A stretch of 19,825 bases of DNA from Azolla caroliniana (lineage: Eukaryota > Plantae > Polypodiophyta): assembly GCA_043228905.1 (NCBI GenBank), contig JBHGNT010000589.1:1-19825 (forward strand), read 5' to 3'. Shown here piece after piece: positions 1 through 10,309 of this stretch; the stretch's first letter is position 1; every line of letters starts with the position of its first letter. The position numbers and the translations under genes are program-made. Below the pieces are notes generated by a model. The model saw only the letters and a program-made list of their open reading frames with translations. It did not search any database and had not been told where the DNA came from.

Positions 1-757
1 AGAGCTAATCCCAAAGTCAATCCTCCAATCAAAACTCTCCAAATGAATATCTTTGCTACACGTGGCAATTTAGAATGACAACTACGTCGTAAGATCTGCC
101 ACCACCCATGATCAAATTTGTGTATTTTCCATTCTTCTTAAGCCTTATATGATAGCCATCCAAGAGACTCAACAAAGCAATGATACAAAAGATTAGTAGT
201 CATTTGTGATAATGGCGTTTGACCCCGTAAACACCAATCAATACACGATTGTTCTCCTATTTGTAGAGGTAAGGGACCTTGCATGAATGCAATATTTTGT
301 AGTTGTTGCCAAATAAACCTATAATTAGGCGGAATGAGTAATAATTGGCGTGCTTCAACAAACTCCAAAATTCTTTGAGATGAAGCCTCCACTATATGTC
401 TCACCTCTTTGAGCCCCAAACGAAACAAACGATTAAATTAAGAGCGTAATCTCTGCTTTCCTGGCCAACATAATAACCAAGAAGATACAAGTAACTCTTT
501 TTGCAAAGAATTACAATGATCTCTACTAGATGATGGTTTTCATACACATAACAAGAGTGCTTCTTGCCATGAGATAACCAAGTGTTGAACACATTAAGAG
601 CCCGTACTCCTGAGTGAAATACATCCATTTAGTAATTGCCACCATGAAGCCTTAATCGATGTCCTCCCATGTGTTAAACCCCTTATTCTCAATCAACGAG
701 CTATCATATGCATAGATAAGTTCAATATTCCAACTCCCCCCAAGCACTTAGGGGTTG
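1..757 (-). mobile_element. Decayed LINE (L1-type) ORF2 C-terminal fragment running off the left edge of the window
   Basis: ORF 138..428 continues in frame past its TAA: ...GWLSYKA*EEWKIHKFDHGWWQILRRSCHSKLPRVAKIFIWRVLIGGLTLGLA. This matches the start of the zf-RVT region of plant LINE ORF2 (compare WNSSLPKRVKVFFWLITHRVIPT in the 7561 element). Internal stops show decay. The right boundary is approximate. Confidence 0.6.
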
Positions 758-774
758 CTAGATGATATCACACA

Positions 775-776
<2 letters not shown>

Positions 777-832
<56 letters not shown>
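777..832. repeat. Compound microsatellite (CT)22(AC)6
   Basis: Read directly: CT run 777..820, AC run 821..832. Confidence 0.95.
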
Positions 833-994
833 GTTATTGTGCAAATAAAAGAGAATCTTGTAACACTTTATTGCAATATCCCATAACACATTATTTTGTG
901 AATAAAAGAGAACCTTGTGACACATTATTGCAACATCCCATAACACATTATTGTGTGAATAAAAGAGAACCTTGTGATATATTATTGCAATATA
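827..994. repeat. 57-bp tandem repeat, about 3 copies
   Basis: AATAAAAGAGAA(T/C)CTTGT recurs at 844, 901 and 958, each followed by TTATTGCAA. Confidence 0.9.
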
Positions 995-1049
995 CCAAAC
1001 TCATTTCATTCTGATTTTGTTATTCTCTATCGTTTGTTTGTCCTTTAGT

Positions 1050-1052
<3 letters not shown>

Positions 1053-1088
<36 letters not shown>
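1053..1088. repeat. (CT)18 microsatellite
   Basis: Read directly. Confidence 0.95.
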
Positions 1089-1090
<2 letters not shown>

Positions 1091-2541
1091 GTATGGTCCT
1101 AATGGGGAGATTTAAAAGAACCATCGTTTTGTCGTGGATCGACCAATCCCCTACTTCTCAGTTCAATCACCACCCATCATACGACTCGTTGGAGACACTA
1201 TGCTATGCTTTACAATTCCTTGTTCGAGTCACTATGCTTCAAGTAACGTCATTCAAGTCCCTATCCTTTGAATTACTCCACTCCAAACATTTAACCCAAT
1301 GATTGTGGGCTCACATCAAAACATTAATTCATTGTGTATTGTTGTCCCTTTGCACATAGCATATGCACAATACCCATGATATATTACACAAAATTTGAGT
1401 GACTACCATCTTAGTGGCCCATTCGGGTGACGCTCGAGCCATTACATACCAAGTGAGTCATTGGAGCCACTACCTATTGAGCCCATGTTGTAACCAAGTC
1501 AGTCATGCCATGCTTGAGGTTAGAAGGAGAATTCCATGCACACATCTATTTTCATTCACTCTCCAACTACATGAGTTCAACCGGCGTCTAGAATGAGAAC
1601 TAGAAGAACATAGAAATGGCATGAGCAACTTAGAGAAAGAGAGCCTCCCCAGGACCAAGGCAACCAAACACCAAACACAACTTCATATGGCAGACCACCA
1701 CACCATCAAGTCAATACAACGATTGGAAGTTGAGCTAGTCGAGGCTCGAGTGACAATTCCAAACAATCAATTGGAGCTCATAACCCTTGCAGAGTTCACC
1801 ACTACATCGAGTAGAATTTACTTTGTGGTTGTGTTCTTCTTACAACAATTACAAAGTCTGTGGATTTAGGTCCATACCTTATCCATTTTTGTTTACGACC
1901 AAATACAAGAACTCATCAATCTAGAAATTTATTTTGACTAGATATTGAGCCATGTCTCCTTTTCTTCTTGTGTGTTAGTGTGGAACAGTTTCCTTGCAAG
2001 TGACATACAGCCTTCGAAGTCTTCTCCTTATTTCTAAGGCAATTGAAACCCAACCCATAGCTCTTACAACACTCATCATAGTTAATTAGGGCACAATGCT
2101 ACTCTATGGGACAATAGTACCTATTGATATTAGCTAGAAATTTCTCACATGATAAAACAAGACAAATAACCATGTTGGAAATCACAATCAACAAATAAGA
2201 AAGGGTGTGAGTGACAAAGGGCAAACCAAACAACAATTGTAATAAAGATTATGCACTATATTTACCATCGTCGCAAACAATATTATATAAGAGTTGCCCT
2301 CCAAGCTATAGATTATGTCCATTTGTAATTGGGGTTGAAGGATACGCGCTTGTCTAACCAACTAATCTTTCTCCTCAATTTGTGCTATTTACAACACTCA
2401 CCACGTTTTGAGAACTAATAAGTTGGAGCTCGTGTAATATAAGGGTATTCTGATCAAGGTCCACTCAACACATACAACAGATACAGAATACAAACGGTTT
2501 TGACAATCTTCATTATTTCTTTATGGAAGGATAGTATTGAA

Positions 2542-2745
2542 GTATCTTCCAAAGCCTTGATTGTAAGTCATAATTTAGGAATAATTTAATATGGTATCTT
2601 CAAAGGCCTTGATACTTGGACATGATTCAAGAATAATTTAATACAGTATCTTCAAAGGCCTTAATTGTTAGTCATGATCCAAAAATACTTTAATATAGTA
2701 TCTTCAAAGGCCTTGTTAGTCATGATTCAACAATAATTTAACATA
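2542..2745. repeat. 52-bp minisatellite, about 4 copies
   Basis: GTATCTTC(A/C)AA(G/A)GCCTT recurs at 2542, 2594, 2646 and 2698; the last copy has a small internal deletion. Confidence 0.9.
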
Positions 2746-3706
2746 CTCAACATGATTCAAGATCGAAATGGGACTCGTTTCACTATCACTTCAAAGTGAC
2801 TTCCTAGCAAACAAGCAGACCACAAACTCAGTACAATAGAGGATGTAAGCTACTGATCTGGTTACCAAATTTGTGTAGAAAGCATAAACATTAGATATCG
2901 ATTTGTAAACAATTAGACCACCCTCCCTCCGTCCTCACATATTCCTATCTTCACTTCTAGCATATGAAATACCTTGAATTATTGCCCATTAAAAGGTCTC
3001 ACAAATTAATGTATTTCACTACAATGTGTAATTGCCAACCTCAAAAGCACATGCAGCCTTATTTACTCTAACATGGTTTCCAATCGGTTTTCTTTGGATA
3101 TCGTTGACATTTCTGAAGTATTTATTGCTCTATTTGCAGCAGATGCACTGGTGGTAAAAGTATCATCAAAATGAAACTGTCCAAGTTCATGCACACACAT
3201 AGCAGCTCCGGGTCACGGGTGTACTCAAAATTCCCCAAGTAAATTTCCCATACTTGGGATAAGGCTTGCATTTCTAAAAATACTTCAAAGGCAGAGTTAT
3301 TATTAATACCATCAATTTTGCTTCTTCGTATTTGAATTATGCTTGAATGTGTAAATGAGGAAACACTCTCTTGGCTGGACATTAACTTTCTTTACTGCAT
3401 CACTGTATTGTATCATACTTGGAACACATCGCTTGTTCACAATAAGAACATGCAATACATCCTTTGGCAGAAAAAACTAGATTCATTGCTTATACTTTTT
3501 ACTTATAGCAAGTAACACAACACTTTGTTAACAAATAAGAACATGCAATTACTTCTTTGGAAGAAACAACTATCTTATAGCATAACTCTTCAGTTCAAAA
3601 AAGTCTCAAAATCTGGCAATTGCAAACCAGAGAAGAGTAATTTAACAAACGGATTTTACTACCAAATACATTAGGGGGGAACAAAAAAGAGGAAGTTCCT
3701 AAACCC

Positions 3707-5979
3707 CTAATCAAAGAGGCTGAATCCCATATCCTGAAACACAAAAGAAATGAGACGAAACAGTTAGTAAGCATATAAGAAAGCAGAATTCCATAGTACA
3801 GAAACTAGTTGAAAAATCGTACACATTCTAATGCAAACCAAAGATCATGAAACATGATAACTTAATGTCCCTAATCCTACTCCATATTATGCAGTAGTCG
3901 GCACTAACCATGCATATACTACCAGCTAGCAAGCAACATTTCTCACCCAATGCATCATTTATTGAATTCCAAAAACACCAAACACAGAATATTTAGCAGA
4001 TTCTGTAATGCAAACAGGGTTCGTAAAAACATAGGTGAACAGACAAACAAAGCTATAAGAGTATTTTCAATGTTCTTTACCATGTTGATGATAAAGGCAA
4101 ACTCGGAAGAAGACCACACAGTAAAACAACAAAAGGAAGACACTCGAAAACAACAATTGGGACAACTTACATCATCAGACTCTTCCTTCTCTTCTTTTTT
4201 CTCTTCTTTTTTCTCTTCAACCGGAGGTGCAGCAGCACTTCCACCACCAGAGGCAGCTGTAACAACAGCTCCACCACCACCACCACCACCACCACCACCA
4301 GAACTCGCAAACCTCTCCCGACCAACAGCAAGAACCTCTCCTAAATCCTTCCCTTTCAGATTGCTGAACAAGAGCTCGAGCTTCTCATCATCAACCTCCG
4401 CACCCACTGCGACCATTTGTTTTATCAGCAACACAGCAATCACATATACATATCTCCATTTAACGTCCATTCACGTGGCATATGACCATTTACGGAAAAG
4501 AATGAAAAACAATCATTCATAAATATAAGTCTTGATGAAACAGATCATTATGAAGCAACAATAATGATGATTTCACATCATACAAACCATTATGGGCAAC
4601 AACCAGATGAGCTTCCACAACATCAATCTATATCAGCAAATAATCCAATAAGTTCATATTCATTTGAGCAAAGTCAGATGAGTTTACAGGGTACAGATCA
4701 TTGTGAGTAAACAATCTGAGATGTTCTATGGCAGGCAATAACTATGTGAGTTTCCATGGCATCAATCCTTATTAACAAAAACAGTACATAAATTTCAATA
4801 GCATCAACAACAATAAGCAACAATCACAAGATTTAACAAGCTGATAAATAAGGATCTGTTCTCGCTCAACTACTAGGTTTATCAGATTTTCCTCTGCTCT
4901 CATTGGGTATTTGGTTTCAGGGATATGGAAAATAACCACAATAGGCATACAAAATAACTTCCAGTACAGCATAGCTTATTTGAACTTCGACAGTTCACAT
5001 TCCTCCATTTGGATTTCTCCTACGCCTATACATATGTATGTGTCTTAAATAAGACAAGTTTAATCTCTTCCTTAAGAAGACAATGCGTTCCATAAACAGC
5101 ATTTGTTCAATTCAAGAAATAGTTTAGAATTCATTCAGATGATCTTCTACGTAACAAATTAATATCACAAGATGATGTATGCAAAAGAGCAAACATGGAT
5201 CGGAATTAAGAAATGAAATTAAAATGCAAAGTATCCAAAATTATAGAGTTTCGGAATCCCTTCTTTGATCCAATAATCACTCGTTCATAATTAGCACTGC
5301 AACCACACATTCAATTCCAAAGAAAAAGAAATATGCATTTACGAATATTTAACCCTATTAAAACAAACTGGAGAAAAAATATGCTACGATGAACAAAGGT
5401 TTGACTTTGAACACAAGTAATGAGGAACTGGCGAAAAACCCGACACAAGCAGGAATCCGAAAATTACAAAATCCTAACGATTAAAATATGGAATCAGAAA
5501 CCTACAGATTGAGACAAGTGAAATTTTTCGAATATACGTAAAAGTGGATACAAGGAGTACAATGCAAAATGTGTAAGATTTCCATAATGTAAGTTAGAGA
5601 ACCCTGGTAAAGTAAAATGTATCAGAAGTGGGCTCATCGAAAGACAAAGAAAACATCATAATTTGAAGCAAAAGTGAGAGTTCCCAAGGGACGAAAGAAA
5701 TGCAAAACTCGTCACTCCTGAAGCAGAGGTGGACTTTAATAAAATAGGGAAATGAAACAAATAACCCTAATTTGAAGCAAAAGCGAAAGCTCCTGAAATA
5801 GAGACAAGGAAAGCGATACCACATAATTGACAGAAGACGGAGAACAAGACAAAGAAAGTGAACAAAATCGCAACAAGAGCGAGGAACATACCGGACCCAA
5901 GAACAGACTTGAGATCCTCTGCGGATGGTGAGCTGTTGCCACCGAGAAGAGCAAGAAGGTACGCAGCAATGAGCTTCAT
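3707..5979 (-). CDS. RPP2: 60S acidic ribosomal protein P2 (3 coding exons, 116 aa)
   Basis: Exons: complement(5892..5979, 4171..4406, 3707..3733), 351 nt, all GT-AG (donors GTATGT and GTAAGT; acceptors GCAG and TTTCAG). Spliced protein MKLIAAYLLALLGGNSSPSAEDLKSVLGSVGAEVDDEKLELLFSNLKGKDLGEVLAVGRERFASS(G10)[41 protein letters not shown] has the P2 N-terminus and the conserved stalk C-terminus [13 protein letters not shown]. Confidence 0.97.
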
Positions 5980-6061
5980 CTCTGAGAGACGAAATGTCTA
6001 CAGACGTCGATCGAAGCTTCTTCCTGCCTGAGCTGCGAAAGGCAGAGAATTACTGAAGACC

Positions 6062-6147
6062 GAAGAGGAGAAGGGAAAGCTTCTCGCAGCTATGGAAATC
6101 CTGTATATAGCATACAGACTGTCTGTGTAGCGAAATCCAAACCCTAA
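6062..6147 (-). promoter_or_regulatory. RPP2 core promoter: telo-box, TATA-like box and C-initiated pyrimidine tract (putative TSS/5'TOP)
   Basis: AAACCCTAA at 6139..6147 (plus strand). Minus-strand CTATATAC at 6110..6103. An 18-nt pure pyrimidine run CTTTCCCTTCTCCTCTTC at 6079..6062, about 30 nt downstream of the TATA. A second AACCCTAA lies in intron 1 at 5763..5770. Confidence 0.65.
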
Positions 6148-6239
6148 AAACCTTGACAGATCTTTGGTTTCACACTGCGTGGTTTGTGTCCGGACAAAGG
6201 CGTAGAAGCACTCCACATAACTACATATATCCATATATA

Positions 6240-6244
<5 letters not shown>

Positions 6245-6290
<46 letters not shown>
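6245..6290. repeat. (GT)23 microsatellite
   Basis: Read directly; continues as GCGCATGT (alternating purine-pyrimidine). Confidence 0.95.
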
Positions 6291-6294
<4 letters not shown>

Positions 6295-6504
6295 ATGTAA
6301 AGAACACGGTATCATTAGCGAGTGAGTGAGTGGTGAGAATGCCTGCTCTGCTAGACTACTCCATACATCGGGTGGTCGTAAGTAGTGGGTACATGTGTGC
6401 GTGTGTAAAGAACACGGTATCATTAGCGATTGAGTGAGTGGTGAGAATGCTTGCTCTGCTAGACTACTCCATACATCGGGTGGTCGTAAGTAGTGGGTAC
6501 ATGT
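6289..6504. repeat. Near-perfect 108-bp tandem duplication (2 copies)
   Basis: AGAACACGGTATCATTAGCG at 6301 and 6409; both copies end GTAGTGGGTACATGT (6396, 6504); only a few substitutions. Confidence 0.95.
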
Positions 6505-6620
6505 TGAATCTCCGATAAAATAAGCGACGCAGTCAACCCCTTGCCCCAGGCTAGAATTTATTGACTCCCGCTGATAATCACGTGGACATGTTCTGACTTA
6601 ATCTGTGCCTAACATCTAAC

Positions 6621-7022
6621 CACGAGAGCTTCATTGCGCATACCCCAATCTTCATATAATCCCCAATCTCATGGGAAGAGGAAAACGATCTCCATCTCTG
6701 ATCTCACATTGGGCTATATGAATTGCCCATACCCCAATCCTGATGTAATCCCCAATCTCTTAGGAAGAGGAGAACGATCTTCGTCTCTGATCTTGCATTG
6801 TCCTACCATCAAACACGAGAGCTTCATTGCTCATAGCCCAATCCTAATGTAATCCCCAATCTCTCAAGAAGAGGAAAGCAATCTACATCTCTGATATTGC
6901 ATTGGCCTACCATCGAACACGAGAGCTTCATTGCTCATAGCCCATTATTGACGTAATCCCCGATCTCTTAGGGAGAGGAAAACGATCTCTATCTTTGGTC
7001 TCGCATTGAGCTACATGAATTG
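6621..7022. repeat. Tandem array of 4 units with lengths 89/104/104/89 bp
   Basis: Anchor ATTGC at 6633, 6722, 6826 and 6930, closing ATTG at 7019. Shared core TAATCCCC(A/G)ATCTC...GAGGA...ATCT...TCT(C/T)TG. Confidence 0.9.
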
Positions 7023-9450
7023 TACAAACACGCCCACACTAGCATGGAGTCATGACACTTTATATGCTCAACAACACATAGTATATGCCATTTTCCTCGT
7101 ACCAAAGTTTTCCATAATTACATAATACATACTCTTTACGAGGAGAACATGCCGCTCTCACATTCCACGTTTATCACTCTTATTCGATCGACAATCATTT
7201 TGATTGCCCTTGCTCCTTCATAGCAACCAATGTCGTGAAACTAGTCAAATAATGTTCTAGCCCAAATAAATAGGGTTGTCTATGGAAACACCATTTGTTT
7301 GTCTTCTCCAGCTTGATGAAAACCTTGAAGATCTGATGGATCTACAACTTGACCCAATTAATTAATTTGAATTAAATGGTTAATCGCTTATGTTGATGTT
7401 GTCATTGTCAAGGAGCTTGCTAAGACACCTCCTTGGTCCTTAAAACACATTGCAAATAAGTATCATGAGTAGTGGCAAAACCATTGCTTTTCATTTTGAC
7501 ACGTTTTCCTTTTGTCTTACCTTTTAACAACATGGAAATATGTATCAACAATGACATTGCTTGCATCGTGAGAAGTGTGTCAACAAATGGACCCAAGTAA
7601 CTGTCAATTCAGTCTTTGTGGATAAAACCAGGAGCAGGATATGGAACTCATCCCTCCCCAAGAGGGTCAAGGTGTTTTTTTGGCTAATCACCCATCGGGT
7701 TATTCCAACCGGAGAGTGGCTAGGGAAAAGGGGTGGCATAAGTAAATCCAAGGCCTGTGGAGCGAGTTTGGAGGACATCACCCATTGTTTATGGAGCTGC
7801 CCACGAGCCCAAGAAGTTTGGACGAGAAGCTTAAGAATTCTAGCTCGATGCAGGGTTGAAGTTCAGGTATCAAGTGCAGCAGTTGTTTGGTTAGCTACTA
7901 AATCGGTTGCATGGTTACATGGGTGGAATGGAAATAGCCCTTCTTTAAAGGTGGTGAATGGAACAATTCAACCTGCGGCTCAAGGAGATTCATTCTACAT
8001 ACAGGAACGATACGTAGATGTTTGGTTTTTAGTGGTTGGCCTTACTGTTTGGCAAGTGTGGGTATCTAGGTGCAAGGATTCATTTACCGGGAAGCGAACC
8101 CCATCGGCTGAGAGTTTAATGACGATTTGGTTTAATTTGATTTCTACGCTACAAGGAAAGTTTGACAACCTTCAGGGGACCTCTGATGTGAGTGAAGAAG
8201 CTAGATACCGCTTCCTTCTTGAATGGAGAGGTTCTCCGATGTTAAAGATGGTGGATGGCAATGCAAAGTGGATTTATCAGCCACCCTGGTGGTTGTTTCC
8301 TCCTAGGGTACCAAACATAGAGGTAGGTGTTGAATTGTGAAGAGATTGGAGGGTGTCTTTGTTGAATGTGGATTGTGTGAGGCTCATGTTGAGGGGAGTC
8401 AGTCGAGTAATTCTGTGACGAGGCTTTGTTGCTTCATTTATACATTATGTTTTCTTGTAGCCATTGCAAAGTGGCTTGTAACATATGAGTTATATACTAT
8501 CCTATGTACATTTTCTTAACTAATGGAAGTAGAATTTTTTTGGAAAAAAAAAACAATGACATTGTTATTAGACCTATGATTTATGAGTCCTAAGCATTGG
8601 TTTAGCAAATCAACCAATTGATTTCCTTTATCCTTTATCTTGAAATTTTGATGTTGGGCATCTTTGTCACCTACCCCGAACAATGTTCCCTAGTCCCTAA
8701 TTGTTGTACCAATCATTCAAACATCTCTCCCTGGCCCCAACTTTATCGTTATAAAACCATTCATAAGGGATCTCCGTAGATAAAGGACATGAATGTTTGC
8801 ATTCAACCATAAAGTGATTTGATTCACCACATCCAAGGCAATGACATGCAAACGTCTATTGTTTCAATTCTGAACAAAGTTATTTAATACTAAGTTAACG
8901 ATTGTATGCATACACATAGCTATTCTTGGTTCTTTTGACTTCTACCCCATAACACAAAAAATCAACACTTGTTTAATGCATTTGCACGAGGGGATACCAA
9001 CATATCATTTGACTCATCAACACTCGTAAACAGGTCATAAAATTGTGTGTTTACAATCCACATTCACCCAATTTGGGCTTTCTTGTGTTGACAAAGCTTG
9101 ATTGTCCGTTGTGGGGGAACCATCAATTTCATGCACAAACCAGTTATCCAAGAACGTGGGAAATCTATTCAACGATGCACTTCAGTGTCCAAAGGAGCGT
9201 AATACAACATCATAAAAAACTTGTATTGCTAGATTGAACATATTAACATTGTGATGTTCAAAGGACCACGATACAATCCCATAAACCCCTTGTATTTATG
9301 GGTTCGAACAATATAACATTTCGATGAATAAAGGAGTGCAATACAGTATGTACACTCACACTTAATACAATTCAATGATACCCTCATCATTGTTTGACCA
9401 TTGTTTATGAGTGGGAGTTTCTGAGATAAAACAATCAAGTGATCATAGAA
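7023..9450 (-). mobile_element. Old decayed LINE 5' portion (ORF1 with CCHC zinc knuckle plus start of ORF2 APE endonuclease), interrupted by a younger LINE
   Basis: Minus-strand translations in the expected order: LNRFPTFLDNWFVHEIDGSPTTDNQALSTQESPNWV (about 9172..9065, plant LINE ORF1-like); exact CX2CX4HX4C CLGCGESNHFMVEC at 8840..8799; then from ATG at 7198 MIVDRIRVI/TWNVRAACSPRK.../GKWHILCVVEH, which resembles the APE N-terminal motifs xWNVRG and DILCLQE. Frameshifts and stops occur throughout; boundaries are approximate. Confidence 0.6.
7560..8551 (+). mobile_element. Young 5'-truncated LINE insertion (ORF2 C-terminus with zf-RVT region, 3' UTR, poly-A) with 13-bp TSD
   Basis: Uninterrupted frame 7561..8340 with WNSSLPKRVKVFFWLITHRVIPT...ACGASLEDITHCLWSCPRAQEVW and WQVWVSRC. 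A-tail 8544..8553. Exact direct repeat AACAATGACATTG at 7547..7559 and 8552..8564. Confidence 0.92.
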
Positions 9451-9749
9451 TACGTGGAAAGACTTTCCACACCCTCATCAATACATTAGTTTGCTTCATT
9501 CTCGATTTGCTCTACTATTTCAGAGAACACAGTATAAGTGGTCTCCCATAAATGATCCCAATTAGGATCATCATGGTGACCCCTATCTACGTGCATTGTC
9601 TCAACACGTGTCATGTTTTTCCTACTAATTATTTCATCAACACCCTCCTGCCTCTTGGAGCTTCCTAGGTATTCACTTACAACGATTACATTGTAGCGTG
9701 ATATTGCTCCTCTTCCGGAGCAATCTTTTCCATATAAATGTGGTCCTTG

Positions 9750-9764
9750 CCCCCCCCCCCCCCC
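9750..9764. repeat. C15 homopolymer
   Basis: Read directly; followed by a short CA run. Confidence 0.9.
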
Positions 9765-10309
9765 ACACACATACAGATCATGAGGAATCTGTGTTCATGG
9801 GCCTCTGTATTCTTGATTTCATATCGGACCCAGGAAAAAAGAAAGATTTTTCATGGAGCAAGAGACAAAACAAGAAGTTGACAGTTCGAAGCGAACGAAA
9901 ATCTCCGAAGAAAATTTCATGTCACACATGTGGCCAACGTCCGAGTAGATAGGCTTACAAAGCTCTTCTAGGCAAAGGGCAAACAAAGAAAGGTAGGCCA
10001 TGAGAAGGTATGGAATGAGAAAGGCCACAATCTTTGTTGTAAATCCAATTTAGATGTAAAATGGAGATTTCGATGCTACCATTATTGACTTTTCATGTAC
10101 ATTACTTAGACTTTATTTCCACCAATTAGTTAAATCAATAACAAAGACTTGGATTTTGATTCTCTACTACATATTTACACATAAGATGGATATTTCTACA
10201 GTAAAGATATTTGACACTTTAGTACTTGTGGGACAAGGACAAGCCCACAAAAATAATGGAAGGACAACTTGGCCCTATAATACATTATACATATAATTCC
10301 AACCATCCC

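Noticed and set aside
1093-1869. Cluster of short plus-strand ORFs, one coiled-coil-like
   Set aside because: Short, discontinuous and without recognisable motifs; probably degenerate repeat DNA.
2542-2745. CRISPR-like appearance of regularly spaced repeats (also 827..994 and 6621..7022)
   Set aside because: Whole units are repeated with no unique spacers, there are no cas genes, and the DNA is eukaryotic.
3950-4522. 190-aa plus-strand Pro/Ser-rich ORF
   Set aside because: Antisense shadow of RPP2 exon 2; the poly-Pro is the complement of the Gly run.
4407-5891. Intronic C/D box snoRNA in RPP2 intron 1
   Set aside because: Sense-strand CTGA words exist, but I found no RTGATGA C box at snoRNA spacing with a terminal stem.
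7561-8340. 259-aa ORF as a host gene
   Set aside because: Begins at the TSD junction with TTG and is the truncated C-terminus of LINE ORF2.
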